From Octopus sinensis (Eukaryota), in NCBI RefSeq assembly GCF_006345805.1, contig NC_043008.1:79484001-79548000 (forward strand): a DNA stretch of 64,000 nucleotides. The letters run 5' to 3'. This document shows positions 1 to 12,470 of this stretch, in pieces. The position numbers were made by a program, and so were the translations under genes. Numbering within the stretch: the stretch's first letter is position 1; each line of letters opens with the position of its first letter. Below the pieces are notes generated by a model. The model was given only the letters and a program-made list of their open reading frames with translations. It had not been told where the DNA came from and searched no databases.

Positions 1-2685
1 AGTGATGGGCCTAAAGTTATCTATCTTATCTCCCTTGTTTGGGTCCTTCCTGACCAGAGTCACCACTCCCCTGCGTACAGATCTGGGAATCGACCCATTC
101 TGCTGCCAGTTAGCGTAAACCCCGGCCAGAATTTTCCCAAACAAGTCTGGCATACTTTTGTACAATTCATAAGGCAAACCATCAAGTCCCGGTGCCCTAC
201 CAGCTTTACAGTCCGTTATAGCCTCTCTCACCTCCTGAGGTGTTATCGGACCTTCACAGCACTCAGCATCCTGCCCCGAGAGATGCGGCAGCCCGGTAAG
301 GAAGTCCGAAAGGTCCAACCTATCATCCGGTCCATCGCCCCTCCCGAAAAGCTGTGCAAAGTGCTCCTGAAAAGCCTGACACATCTCATCGGGTTCGTTC
401 ACAATCTCGCCTTGTGGGTTCTCCACAGATCGAATTGTGGAATCATTTCCACGTTGGGTTTCCACCACCCGAGCCCATCCAGCGGCATTGATCCCCTCAC
501 TCCCCATTGCACGAAGTCTAGCCCTGATAATGCATCCCATGTGTTTGGCCTCGAGGTGCTGGTTTAATTCCAGTCTCTTAGCCTTCGCCTGAGCAGCACT
601 ACCAGTCAAATTCTTCTAATTCCTTAACCAGTTCTAGTTCCCTCTTACGCTCTCTAGCCACTAAACCTATGCTATATCTAACAAACTCAAATTTAATGGC
701 TCTTTTGAGGACGTACCACCATTTATTATTAATGATGGTACCTGTTAAAACCCTCTGTATCAGTAACTTAATCCGGCTTTTGTACTCTTCGTTCGCCAAA
801 TGGGACTTATTGAGCTTCCAGTAACCGGATCCTCTACTCTGTAACTTATCTAGGTTCAGCTTACAAGGGACCAATTTATGAACACTGTAGCTGACCAAGT
901 GGAACTGTGGACATTTAGCTATGGATCTATCTGTTTCTCTAATTAGAATGCTATCTATATAGGACTTAAAAGACCCGTCACCACTTAACCATGTCCACAT
1001 TGGGGTGTTCGGGAATTCAAGTCTGTATGGATCTACTAACTGAAAGCGACTTAGTAGATCCCGGAAGCCGGCAATAGGTATCCTATTTGGGTTCGAGCCA
1101 ACATTATCCACTCGCGCATCTTGAATAACATTAAAGTCCCCTAATAAAACTAATGGGTACGCCGTACCAAGAAACTTCTCTAGGTCTCGGAAATACTCAG
1201 ACTGACCATTGTGGGGGGGGGGCGTAAATTGCCACCAGTCTGATTTTCTTACCGCAACTGAAAGTCAAGTCCAAGACAACCAGCCTACCTTCTGGGTCCA
1301 AAAAAATTAACTTCTTCTCTGAAACCCGGTTTCTTTTTAGTAGGACCAACACCCCATCCCAACCCGCCGGCGGACCTGGAGAAACAAATTTCTCGTATCC
1401 GTCCAGGAGTGGGAGCAGTCCTCTTGACCCCTTTAACCGGGTTTCAGTAGCAACAATGACATCCAAATTATGTGATCTGACGTCGTTTAAGAAGCGACCT
1501 TGCTTCTATCCCGCCGTCAGGCCACGCACATTTAAACATCCAACGTGAACTGCCATAAGTCTTACCTCAATTTCTTGTGTCTTCGCTAAAAGGCGGAGGT
1601 GGGTCCGCCTCTTTTTCTTTTTCTCGGGCTCGTGGAGTCGTTTTAATTAAGCCTTCGTACAAATGATCTGAAATATCCCACCTCATCGGGCGAACATCAC
1701 TCCGATAGTCATTTGCTAGAACGTTGTAAGATGTTCTGTCTACGTGGTAGACTTCGAAACCGTCTTTAACGTTTTTGCATCCAGTTCTTTTTAGTTTTTT
1801 AATTTGTATTTGGCTCATTAATCTCGAGTTTGATGTTCGAACCGCCATATACAGAACTTCTTTTTCTCGTATTTCTTTTGTTTTTGATTTTTTTGGCTTT
1901 TTCATGCCTTCTTTGAGTTTGCATTTTTGCCAATGATTTAACATTTCTCTTTAATTTCCTTTTGCTACCAGCTATCTTCCATTCCGTCTCTTCTTTATTT
2001 CCGCTCTCATTTTCTTCTTCTGTGCTTTCTTCTTCTGTTTTTCCATTCTCTGTAGTTTCATCTTCCGAGTCTTCTTCAATGTTGTTCTCCTCTTTTTCTT
2101 TTTCTTCACCACTCTTGCATTCGGACCTAACATGGCCCTTCTTTCCACATTTAAAACATCTGGGTTTTCTACCTTCCACCATGACTACTAACTTCGTACC
2201 CATTGTATCTATGACCTCTGGAATTTTTTCTAGGGTCATAGGCTCTGCTTGGATCAGCATTTTTATTGTCTGGCCAAGCCAGACTGTCTTCTGTTACTTC
2301 CGCAGAAAGCAGTGTGGTTTCTTCCTCTAGGTCATACAGTACTGCCGCTACTAGTCATTTGGCGTCCGCCTCCGGTGGTACACAGCTTATCTTTATTCGG
2401 GAGGTTCTCCTCCCCATATAAAATGGCAACAGTACCACCTCATCTGTTCGCAGCGGCTCCACAGAATACTTTTGCGCCTGTTCCACTGTTGACATCCTCA
2501 CTTCAACAGTTGTGTCATTGACATAGTTAATTTTTTTCTTTTCAACATTATATGTTTTGAAAATTACAGTCCTTTCGAGTGCATCTTTAATGATGCTATG
2601 AGGAGGGACCACCTTTATTTCGGTCCCTTCTTTTGTTAACAGCTCTCGGTGTGTCTTCAAATTGTTTGTATCAATTTTCCATGCG
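1..2685 (-). mobile_element. Tx1/L1-clade LINE copy E1 (ORF1 with zinc knuckle, ORF2 APE endonuclease and start of RT), degenerate, runs off the window start
   Basis: ORF1 pieces 2355-2738, 1799-2260 (CFKCGKKGHVRSEC knuckle) and 1567-1944. ORF2 ATG at 1556: MAVHVGCLNVRGL...VATET, YAP, WTW, SYID, YWKLN (APE). RT start GRAPGLDGLPYELY reads on minus near 130-200. Frameshifts and stops present. Confidence 0.9.
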
Positions 2686-5325
2686 TCCACATCCAACTTC
2701 GATAGGAAAATGTTCCGCTTTCCAGCCTGCGTCTTCACATTCCTCGAGGAGGTTTACATAACGGTTCAATTTTCGAGCCCGGGCGGCGTCCATATTATCT
2801 TCATGAGGAACCGTTAGCTCGACTATATTTACAACTTACTTTCTTACACATCACATCAAAATATTTGGTTTTTTCGTAACTGGGATGGGAAAGAAAACCT
2901 GGCACCCAGGTAAATCTTCAGTTACCTCCCAATAGCCGTTCCACTTTTCGTTTCTCTCAGGAAGTTTCTTGATCTTCTTCTTGAAACGGATCTGCTGACC
3001 TGATCGCACGAAGGTAATGAAATCTCTAGATGGTACTTTCAACGGTTTTTTCTCAGTGTTGTTGAGATGAATTTGGTTCTTTATAGCATTGAAGATAACC
3101 TTAAGGACCAAGTTGTGCCTCCATGTATACCTGTTCAATGCTAATGAACAGTTGGAAAGAATATGTTTTAGTGCACCGACCTTTCCACATTTGCAGATGT
3201 CATTCTCTGAGACGTTCCATCTTACTAGATTCGTAGGTGATGGCAAAACATCATAAGATGAACGAATCAGGAAACTCAGCCGAGATGTCGTCCACTTCCA
3301 CATCTCATCCCAACTTATCTTCCACTCAACAACGTGTTCTTCCCATCTCGTCATTTGACCTTGATGACAACATCGGATCAAATGAAGCTCTCTTCTCTCT
3401 GCTTCTCTTGTTTTGACGCTGTTGCTAACAACAGATCTGCGTTCACTCCGCATCATGCTTGCAAACGGTCTGAACTGATCTGCGCCAAAACCAAGTCCTT
3501 TCCGATGGTTCTGCGTTGCTCCCACCATATCTCTGTGTATAAGAGAAGACAAGATCTCGTCAGCTTCTGCTTCTGCTTTCCACTTCCTGGCTGTTTTCAC
3601 CTCTGGTGGGTTACACCTGATTTCCATATCCTTCGATTCTTTCAGTATCATGACCGTCCGTATCTTCCCCAGCTTATATATCTCGACTATTGATGCTATT
3701 GGTAGCTGCAACGAGCCTCGTTTACGATAAAGAGCTGAACTGTTCAACATACGAGGTAGGCCTAGCCACTTTCTAATGAACACATTACATTTTTGTTCAA
3801 TGATTTCAAGTCGTGACAATGCTACTTCGTATATTAAAAGTGGCCACGCAAGTCGCGGGTACAAGCCGAACTGCAAGCACCAAATTTTATAGTTACCTGG
3901 TAACTTCGAATTATCAATCGCTGATAACCAGCCTCGGCCTGTTTCATAATTTCAATCCCACGACTTCTGTCTGACAATGTTCCAGCGTATACTCGTCCCA
4001 AGCTCTTGACGGGCTCTTCCTTGACTGTTGGAATGCTTTCTTCAGATATTCGAAACTTAAATTCTTTCTGCACTCCCTTAACAAACGCGACTTTTTTGCT
4101 CTAAATCGCATCCTTGAACCATCTTACAAGTTCGTCTAATCTCAAAAGGGCATTCTGCATGATTTGTTTATCTGTAGCTAGAAGTGTCACGTCATCCATG
4201 AAGGCTTTCTTAGGCGATTGTACATGGGCGATTTGTTCCGAAAAATCTACACCTTTCAAAATCAACTCCATGACTAAGATAAACCACGTGACAGATATTG
4301 TACAGCCAGCAGCAATGCCAACCTCCAATCGGTGCCAATCTGTTGTAAAATTTCCAGTTGTAAACCTCATTTCGAAACTGTCATAGTACATCCTCATTAT
4401 TTTGATCACTTTGTCAGGAATGTGGAAGTGGTCCATGGCTGTTATTAGTAATTCGTGTGGCACTGAACCATACGCGTTAGCTAGGTCGAGCCATACCACG
4501 TTCAGACGTTTCTTGTTCTGTTTGGCTTCCTGGATCACTTTCCAAATCGAAAAACAGATGAGAGATGATTTAGCCCATGTAGAGGTGGCAGCGGCTGGTT
4601 ACGGTGCGGATCGCTGTAGGTTTCCTTGATATGAGCATCCAATTCTTCTTTAGTGCACGATAAAGTACCACTCTTCGGTTCAGTGAACAGCTCCTTAGTA
4701 AACCCGTACGGGTCCTTCAGAAACTGCCCCCGAGTCCTTTTACTCTCCTTTCGACGCTCATATCGGCGGATATGTCGTTGCACATAACGACATTTCCTCT
4801 TCAAATCGTTATACAGCAGCGCAAGGTCAGGTTTCTCATCTAGTGCAGCACATCTCCATCGCTTTCTTAAGTTGGACTTTTCCTTCCTCAACTGCTGCAT
4901 TTTTCTGATCCTCCTGCTTGGTCCACACTTTCCTTTCTCTAGTCGGATATTCTCTTTTATTCCAAATAAATCTTTTCCTATATCGTATATTGAGCTTGAT
5001 AATTTACCCAGTTTCTCCACTGTAGAGCCTGTCATTTTATAAAGAGCCCGACAAACCTTGTTTTCAAACTCTTTATATTTCACTTTCTCATTAGCAAGCA
5101 GGCCACAAAACCCACGGTTTCCTTTGAGTATTATCCGATGCACCAGTTTCATGACTTGTAGTTTCATCACGTGAAGAGGTCTCTGCTGTAGCATTTATCG
5201 ATCCGCTGTGGTTTGAGTCCGGAGATGATTTACCACGTGTTTTACGATCTGATGATCCACACTGCTCTGTTCTCTTCTCACAAGTCTTTCCCTGATGTAT
5301 CTTCAAGTCTCTCACAGTTGTTTGC
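2672..5325 (-). mobile_element. HERO-like non-LTR retrotransposon (RT plus C-terminal restriction-like endonuclease), internally deleted
   Basis: N-terminal LKIHQGK..C motif; FLKDPYGFTKELF; RT WLDLANAYGSVPH, GIAAGCTIS, AFMDD (4101-4538); CKC...HILSNC...RH zinc region; IVELTVPHEDNMDAARARKLNRY...GW...PIEVG RLE tail read at 2850-2690. The early RT segment (SAPGP to GCLEH) appears missing near 4560. HERO assignment rests on recalled motifs. Confidence 0.85.
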
Positions 5326-5354
5326 ATTTCGGTTGTCAAGCGATGTTGGGGGGA

Positions 5355-5388
<34 letters not shown>

Positions 5389-5412
5389 TGTATATATATA
5401 TATATATATATA

Positions 5413-6149
5413 TGATGAACTTAAAAACTTCCTCCTAGAGCAAAAATACCCCCTTAAACTAATAGAAAATGGAATCACAAGAGCATTGAAACTAGACATC
5501 GCACAACTCAAGACACCCAAAACAAAAAACAAAGAAAACATTATCCCTTTTATAAACACGCACAACCCTGGAGTTACCAACATGTTCCAAACCATACATT
5601 CAAACCTACCAATAGCCTTACAAAGCCCCAAAATGAAAAACATATTAAACAAATATAGCATAAAAAACAGTAGACGACAGGACAAAAACCTAAAGAAACA
5701 CCTAACAAGAGCGAAATTCTCTTCAGAAACTAAAACGGAATTCTTTGCAAAAGAGTGCGGAGATGGTAGATGTAGGATCTGCAGCAATCCCACCTACAAA
5801 TACATAGAGGGAAACAGAGAGATGAGATTTAAAAGTGGTTACGTATTCAAAGTAAATGCAGATATGAACTGCAAGACGCAGAACGTTATATACTGCATAA
5901 CCTACCCCACGTGCAAGGAGGATTACATAGGGGAAACTGGTAATTCTTTGTGCCAGCGAGCCAGGATTCACCGAACATGTTCGGCAGGAAGAACTACGCA
6001 AGATACCACTAAGTACACACCTAGCTACGTGTGGAGAAGGAAAATTTAAGATCTTTCCCTTCCACAAATGTCCGAAGAACGACACCACTTTCAGGAGGAA
6101 TATGGAAAAATATTTCATAGCTAAGTTCTCCCCCAAATTAAATGGCTGA
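5413..6149 (+). mobile_element. Penelope-like element 3' fragment: GIY-YIG endonuclease
   Basis: CGDGRCRIC, NCKTQNVIYCIT..CKEDYIGETG...QRARIH, then FKIFPFHKC...EKYFIAKFSPKLNG* after a frameshift. Begins right after a (CA)n(TA)n tract. Confidence 0.85.
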
Positions 6150-6164
6150 AATTTTACTCATCAT

Positions 6165-6419
6165 ACATTGAAGGACAAATCTTTCGATTTACAATATAAT
6201 ATAGTAGAACATATATGTGTGTATATATATATGTGTGTGTGTATATATATTTCCTGTTATATACATTATATTATTTTTGTAATTTACTTAATCTTTACTT
6301 TTTAATTGTCATTTTAATTTTAACTTGCCTATGATATGCAATTTTCAAGATGGTGTAATTACTCAGTTTCTCCACTGAATCGATAAAAGGTGTTTTTTTC
6401 TAATATTTCATGTATAAGC

Positions 6420-6466
<47 letters not shown>

Positions 6467-6733
6467 CATTGAAGGACACATCTTTCGATTTACAATTTAA
6501 TATAGTAGAACATTTCGTATATGTATGTATATGTATATATGTGTGTATATATATATATATTGCCTGTTATATACATTATATTATTTTTGTAATATACTTA
6601 ATCTTTACTTTTTAATTGTCATTTTAATTTTAACTTTCCTATGATATGCAATTTTCAAGATGGTGTAATTTAATTGTTCATTTTGAATCGATAAAAAGTG
6701 TTTTTTTTCCTAATATTTCATGTATAAGCATGT
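6165..6733. repeat. Diverged direct duplication of about 260 bp (6165-6423 and 6466-6733) downstream of the PLE ORF
   Basis: Both copies start ACATTGAAGGACA and end TAATATTTCATGTATAAGCATGT; they are separated by (TA)n. Confidence 0.85.
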
Positions 6734-7395
6734 ATATATATATAGTGGTATAAATATCAACATAATTTTTCCCCCTTCCCCTTTTTTTCTCTCTTCCCTT
6801 CTCCAAACTCACAGACACCCACACACGCACACACACACACACACACACACCTCCACAAAACTATCATAAAAAGTGGAAAGAATTCTTAAACCCAAAAAAG
6901 CATTTGACCATTAAACACACACACTCTCTCACAATGATAGAAGGAAATATAATTTATGGCCTGCCTCCCCGCCACCACACACTCAGTGACACTGTGAAGT
7001 GGTAAAAACTGAAATTCTTTCTTTTTTTCCTTGGAGTCAATATTCTGTCCAGCAGACCAAAAAAAATTATTTTCTTCTTCTTCCCCTCTTTCTCTTTAGC
7101 ACTCATCCCAGATACAAACACACACACACACGCACACACACATACACACATGTTCTCTCTCTCACTTCCTCCTCATCCATCACCCTCTTGTACTGTCCTA
7201 TATTCCTCCCTACCACTACAAAACTCTATAAAATGGTCGAATCTCCTCACACAGGAACTTAGTTTGATTTGAAAACCCCACTAGAATGGGAGAAAGCGCT
7301 AATGATCTAAGTGATATGATATATATATAAAAAATGTAATATACAAATAAATATCTGTAAATATAAACCATCCGATCTTCTGAGTACCTCATTTC

Positions 7396-7477
<82 letters not shown>

Positions 7478-7483
7478 GTGTAT

Positions 7484-7715
7484 ATACGACGGGCATATTT
7501 CAGTCTCCGTCTACCAAATCCACTCACAAGGCTTTGGTCGACCCGAGGCTATAGTAGAAGACACTTGTATGTATGTATGTATGTATGTATGTATGTATGT
7601 ATGTATGCATGCATGCATGTATGTATATGTGTGTGCATATATATACACATATAGGCGCAAAGGTGGCTCTGTGTATAGACGCAGGAGTGGCTGTGTGGTA
7701 AGTAGTTTGCTTACC
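7484..7715. mobile_element. Fragments of a tRNA-derived SINE family S1 (7484-7567 minus, 7652-7715 plus); other copies at 28869-29030, 36037-36185 and 45832-45970 (all minus)
   Basis: Recurrent CAGTTTCCGTCTACCAAATCCACTCACAAGGCTTTGGTC...GAAGACACTTGCCCAAGG. The head reads GCAGGAGTGGCTGTGTGGTAAG (A box) and GGTTCAGTCCC (B box) in sense. Confidence 0.8.
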
Positions 7716-7817
7716 TCCATTTTGGAGAGTGCTTCCGCTTACTGTAGTCACCATTTTGGAGCAAGTAAGACGTAACTTGTGGATTAACTGTTTGTGTTCG
7801 TTGGAGTGCAGTTCTTG

Positions 7818-10800
7818 TGGATATACATGATTTTTGGATTTTTATGTTTCCCTTTCGGGAAGATAAGGTGTAAAGACCTTTTTAACTTCAATTGGGCATT
7901 GAAACTTTTTTTCAAGCCGTTGTAAGCTTTTTTGTGCCACGCCCCCCAAGGGGGGCAAGATTCGTTGTTATTGCGTGGATTACGTGTACTTTGGGTTTTT
8001 TCTGCTTCTCTATCGGGAAGGTAAGGCAAAAAACTTTTTTTCGTGCAATTGAAACCTTCTTGAAGCCGTCGTAAGTTTTTTCTTGTGCCTCACCCCGTAA
8101 AGGGGGTGGGGCAAGATTGAAACTAATTTGGTGAACACTTTACAAGATTGTTTTTGTGCATCTATAATTTTGACCAAGCATGTCGATGGAAATTTTAAAA
8201 GAAAAAAATTCTGAAAGCACTCTCAATGAGAGTTATGTTAATAAAAAAAAATTTGCTGACGTTGCCGCCGTGGAAACAAAGACCATTGTGGAACGATATT
8301 ACTCATATTGCAAGGGGCGAAGTTTATGCAACCATTGAAGTCCGTTTCAAGACGGAGAAGTTGGCACAGGAGTACTCGGTTAGCCCCTTGAAGACAAAGG
8401 AGGTGGCACTTCTACCCTCTTACAAGGGAAGACGTACTTCTCGTGTGAGGGTGACGGATGTGCCGCCGGAAATAGACCCTCGGGAGGTGATGGCTGCCCT
8501 GTTGTATAACAGGACAGACAAAATACAATTTCTCCAGATTTCATGCTCTGCCTACCAATACTGGACAGGACAGACCATTTCAGCCATCATCCAAGGGAAA
8601 CCGGAAGACATTGAAAACCTTCCGGACCGGGTATACGTGGGTGAGAAAGTTACCCTCAGAGTTCAAGCGGAGGGTAAAGAGGTTACTTGCTTCAAATATG
8701 GGGGAAAGGCCACATTCGAAGCGATTGTGAAACAAAAAAGAAGAAGAGGAAAACTAGAAAAAAGAGAAAAAGTTGTTACAGGCACCAGTCCCCACAACTA
8801 TTCAAAACATCCCCAAACCCACACATACACTAGCCCCCACAAAAACAAATGCTCCCTCCCTGTTGTGGTGCCCCCCCCCAAACAAAGTAAAGAAAAGACC
8901 CAACCCCAGCATACACAAACCCCCACGTTAATAAAAAGCCCGCCCACCTGTTTTCTGAGGCACCTTGTGTTTCAAACACAACATCCCCAGACGACACCAT
9001 GGAGGTGTCCGAAGGGGAATTCACGACAGTGCACAAACGTTTACACGCACCTTCCCCACCCACATCCCCCACAGGAAAAACAGACAACCATACACCACAG
9101 ATAACAAAAAAGATCCCGCTCCACCACCCCAGAAAAAAATCACAAAAGAATGAAGAAACAATTTTAATTGAATATGACCCTAAAGATAATTATTTGGAAG
9201 GACAAATTCCACAACACCATACGGTGAAACTGTTGAATCTAAATGACACACATATGAGACGTGCCTGGATGGGGGGAGGCCTATACAGGCAGATGAAAGA
9301 TAGGCGTCCGAGAGGCATCAAGAGGGCCACAGACTCGCCCGAATGCCCGGAGAAGGACAGAAAGGAGGAGGCCGACTCACGTTTGGTGAGGTTGGCCCCA
9401 GCATCTCCGAGTAAGGACAAATAGAGCCTTTGTTTTTTTTCCCCCAGGTTTATGGCTTCACTTAACTTGGGGTGCTTAAATTTACGTGGTCTGAGCTCGA
9501 AGTAGAAGCAAGCTTGCCTCTTCGACGACCTCAGATCACATGATATACATGTGATGGTTGCTACAGAGACCAAGCTGGACAGTTTACAAGCCTTCTCGCC
9601 CCTCCTGAATGGCTATGAGAAAATCATGTCTCCTAGCCAGACCGGAGGCCGAGGGAGTGTAGTAGTACTCGTCTGAAAAGGCTTGACTCTGCAGACAAGT
9701 ACAGTCTATGTGGACCCTGAAGGTGGGCTGGTCGTCCTTGACATGATGTACAGTGGTAGAGCCTTCAGGTTGATCGGAATGTATGCACCCTATGCTAGAG
9801 GATTACAAACTGATTTTTATCGGTGCCTAGAGAACTTTCTCGTAACGTCGAAGAAATTAGTGGTGTTAGGTGCCTATAACGCTATCGTTGACGCACGCAT
9901 CGATAGTGTTGGCTCGATTGATAGGAAAACGAACTCACATTTCATAGATCTGCTTAAGCGATTTCAGCTAGCAGATCGTTACAGACTTGACCATCCGAAA
10001 GTCCCAGAGTGGACCTGGATGAATGGCGACGGAAGGTTCAAGTCTTACTTAGGATAGTAATAAGAGCTAGAGATAAGGCTAGCTTTAGTTGTCCACAGCT
10101 TGTTCAGGTATCCTACACGGACTATAGAATGGTTAAGTGTAGGCTGAACGTAGATAGTGCAGTTAAGAGAGGATCCAGTTACTGGAAGCTGAACAAGTCT
10201 ATTTTGACTTGTGAGGCATACCGTAGCCGGATTAAGGCATTAAGGCATACCGTAGCCGGATTAAGGCTTCGTGGTTAATAACCGGTGGTGGTTCGCCCTC
10301 AAAAGAGCCATTCGTTTCGAGTCTGTTAGGTTTAGCCATCAGCTAAGACTAGACAAGGCGAGAATAGAAGGGAAACTAGTTAAGGACTTAGAGGAGGCGT
10401 TGGGGTTGGGCTCTGCATCCCACATTTTGGCAACGAGAACGGCCTTGGACCGTCACATCAAAGCCAAACATGAGGGATGTAGAGTCCGGGCTAAAATACG
10501 AGCATTGGGCCGTGAGGGAATTAATGTCGCCGGATGGGCCCGTACGGTAGAAACCCAGCGTGGCAATGATGCCACAATTAGGTCTCTGACTGACGATAGT
10601 GGGAGTTCGGTCGAAGGACAGGACGAGATGTGTGAGGCGCTTTACAAACACTTCGCCGAGTTGTTCGGGAGGAGCGGGAGGCTGGATCATGGTGAGGCCC
10701 TTAGGGACTTCTTGTCTGGCGCCCGTGTCTCTCTGTGCGTGAGGCTGAGTGATGTGAAGGGCCAATCACAGCCGAGGATGTGATCGAGGTGCTGGGCGAA

Positions 10801-12120
10801 TGCCCCGGAGAGAAGTCGCCGGGTCTCGATGGTCTACCCTATGAATTTTATAAGAATATGCCAGACTTGTTCGGGCACCTGCTGGCCAGTGTTTACGCCA
10901 ATTGGCCGCAGAATGGGAGAATTCCCAAATCTGTGAGCCGAGGAGTGGTGACGCTGATCAGAAAGGACCCGAGCAAGTGGGGCGAGATTAGCAACTTCCG
11001 GTCCCTAACTCTGCTAAACACAGAGTTAAAGATTTTGGCCAAAGTGTTAGCAAAAAGGTTGGCATGGGTCGTGGAGAGATTTGTAGGGAAGGCGCAAACT
11101 TGTGCCATCCCAGGCAGGTCGATCCAAGAAAATCTCCATCTTCTACGCTACACCTTAGAGAGGGTAGGGAATCTTTCTGGTACAGGAGGGGCACTGGTAG
11201 ATTTAGACCAGTCTAAAGCGTTTGATAGGGTCGACCACCGGTACTTGGCAGCAGTCCTCGAAAAGGCTGGCCTAGGCCTGACCTTCCGCGGTTGGATTGC
11301 TGCTTTGTACAGCGACATCGAGTCTGCAGTCAAAATAAATGGATTTTTCTCAAAACCATTCAGGATCGAACGCTCAGTGCATCAGGGATTCCCCCTGTTT
11401 CCGCTTTTGTATGTACTGACTGTTGAGCCACTGCTGCGGAAGTTGGAAGCACTAGGAGGCGCACCGAATGATCTGTGGTGCGGAGGTGGAGCTACGGCGT
11501 ATGCGGATGACATCTCCATCATCGTGGCGGATGAGAGCCAGCTTCTAGTGGTGGAAGAGGCCATCAAAAGTTATGCGGTGGTGGCAGGAGCAAAGGTTAA
11601 CAAGGACAAGTCAGTCGGTTTGCAACTCGGCACCTGGAGAGGCAAGCTGATGACGTCCAATAACGTCGTAGGGCGTTGGACGAAAGGTCCTGTTAAACTG
11701 CTTGGGGTCTGGTTTGGGCCAGACCTCCAGATAGAGAAATATTGGAGTGAGGTAGCCAGTCTGGTGACTGCCCAGATCTGGTCTGGGCGGGCATTATCCT
11801 TGCTAGGAAAGGCGGGGGTGGTGCAGATGTTTATAGCATCTGCTATCACCTACCGTCTGACCGTGGGGCCTTGCCCTGATTTGTGGCTGAACAAGTTGGA
11901 GAGAATCCTTTTCCGCTTTCTATGGAAAGGAGGAAAACCTCTTGTGAAGCGCTCTGTCTGCTGCCAGAAGCCACTAAAGGGTGGGCTTGGGATGCCTTGG
12001 CTGAGGATGCGAAAATTCGTGTTATGTTTGAGGCACCTCTGGCTTTACCTGGATGGAGAACAGGTGTGGTCACCATACGTCCGGTTCTACCTTCCGAGGT
12101 TAACGTCCTTAACGGACATT
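7818..12120 (+). mobile_element. Tx1/L1-clade LINE copy E2: 5' repeats, ORF1, ORF2 APE-RT; 3' end missing
   Basis: ORF1 about 8186-9424 is homologous to E1 ORF1 (EVRFKTEKLAQEYSVSPL...GRRTSR vs EVRMSTVEQAQKYSVEPL...GRRTSR). ORF2 ATG at 9452: MASLNLGCLNLRGL...VATET. RT at 10780-12135: SPGLDGLP, FRSLTLLN, DQSKAFDRVDH, QGFPLFP, AYADD, LLGV. Confidence 0.92.
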
Positions 12121-12135
12121 GGTACACTCAAATAA
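10780..12135 (+). pseudogene. Reverse transcriptase domain of LINE E2 (451-aa open stretch)
   Basis: RT motifs 0-7 are present including YADD; the upstream APE part is broken by stops and frameshifts. Confidence 0.9.
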
Positions 12136-12470
12136 AAACAATAATTCAGTACAAACATAACAGACTTGATATTCTTCTGTAAGACAGGAAACAAATGTCA
12201 TGCACTGTTGTAGTGGTTAGCTGTGAACACACCATCAGAAGTCCAGGAAAAATAGAACATTTATCGTGAATTAATGCAGAACTTACAGACTATAAATTCT
12301 CATTTGTGTCTATCATCATAGGTGCATGAGGCTATGTACCTACAAATTTACACAAAAGCCTAGAAATATCAGGTTTTTTTAAGAAAAAGCAAAAGAAACT
12401 GATGCAGACTCTCCAAATCCAATTTATGTGGCACAGCGAAGATTTGTAAGACATTCCAAACTTTTACCCA
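12120..12470 (+). pseudogene. R4/Dong-type RLE endonuclease C-terminal fragment
   Basis: WYTQIKT...KHNRLDILL.DRKQ.SCTVV.VSC...YKFSFVSIIIGA.GYVP...GTAKICKTF, with stops. Confidence 0.65.

Noticed and set aside
1962-2330. Ser-rich plus-strand ORF, and other antisense ORFs over the LINE, Gypsy and Helitron coding regions
   Set aside because: They are shadow frames of TE genes on the opposite strand.
6320-6400. CCTATGA...GAATCGATA as a hammerhead in the first PLE tail
   Set aside because: The core deviates from CUGANGA and GAAA, and I could not build stems I and II.
9430-9455. Polypyrimidine-CAG|G just before the E2 ORF2 ATG, suggesting a spliced ORF2
   Set aside because: The homologous E1 position has a donor-like AG|GTAAG instead. 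The signal is not conserved and would not remove the downstream TAG.
11883-12182. A Dualen-like element carrying both APE and RLE endonucleases
   Set aside because: The RLE piece is out of frame with the RT, has stops, and follows a truncated RT C-terminus; a chance junction is simpler.
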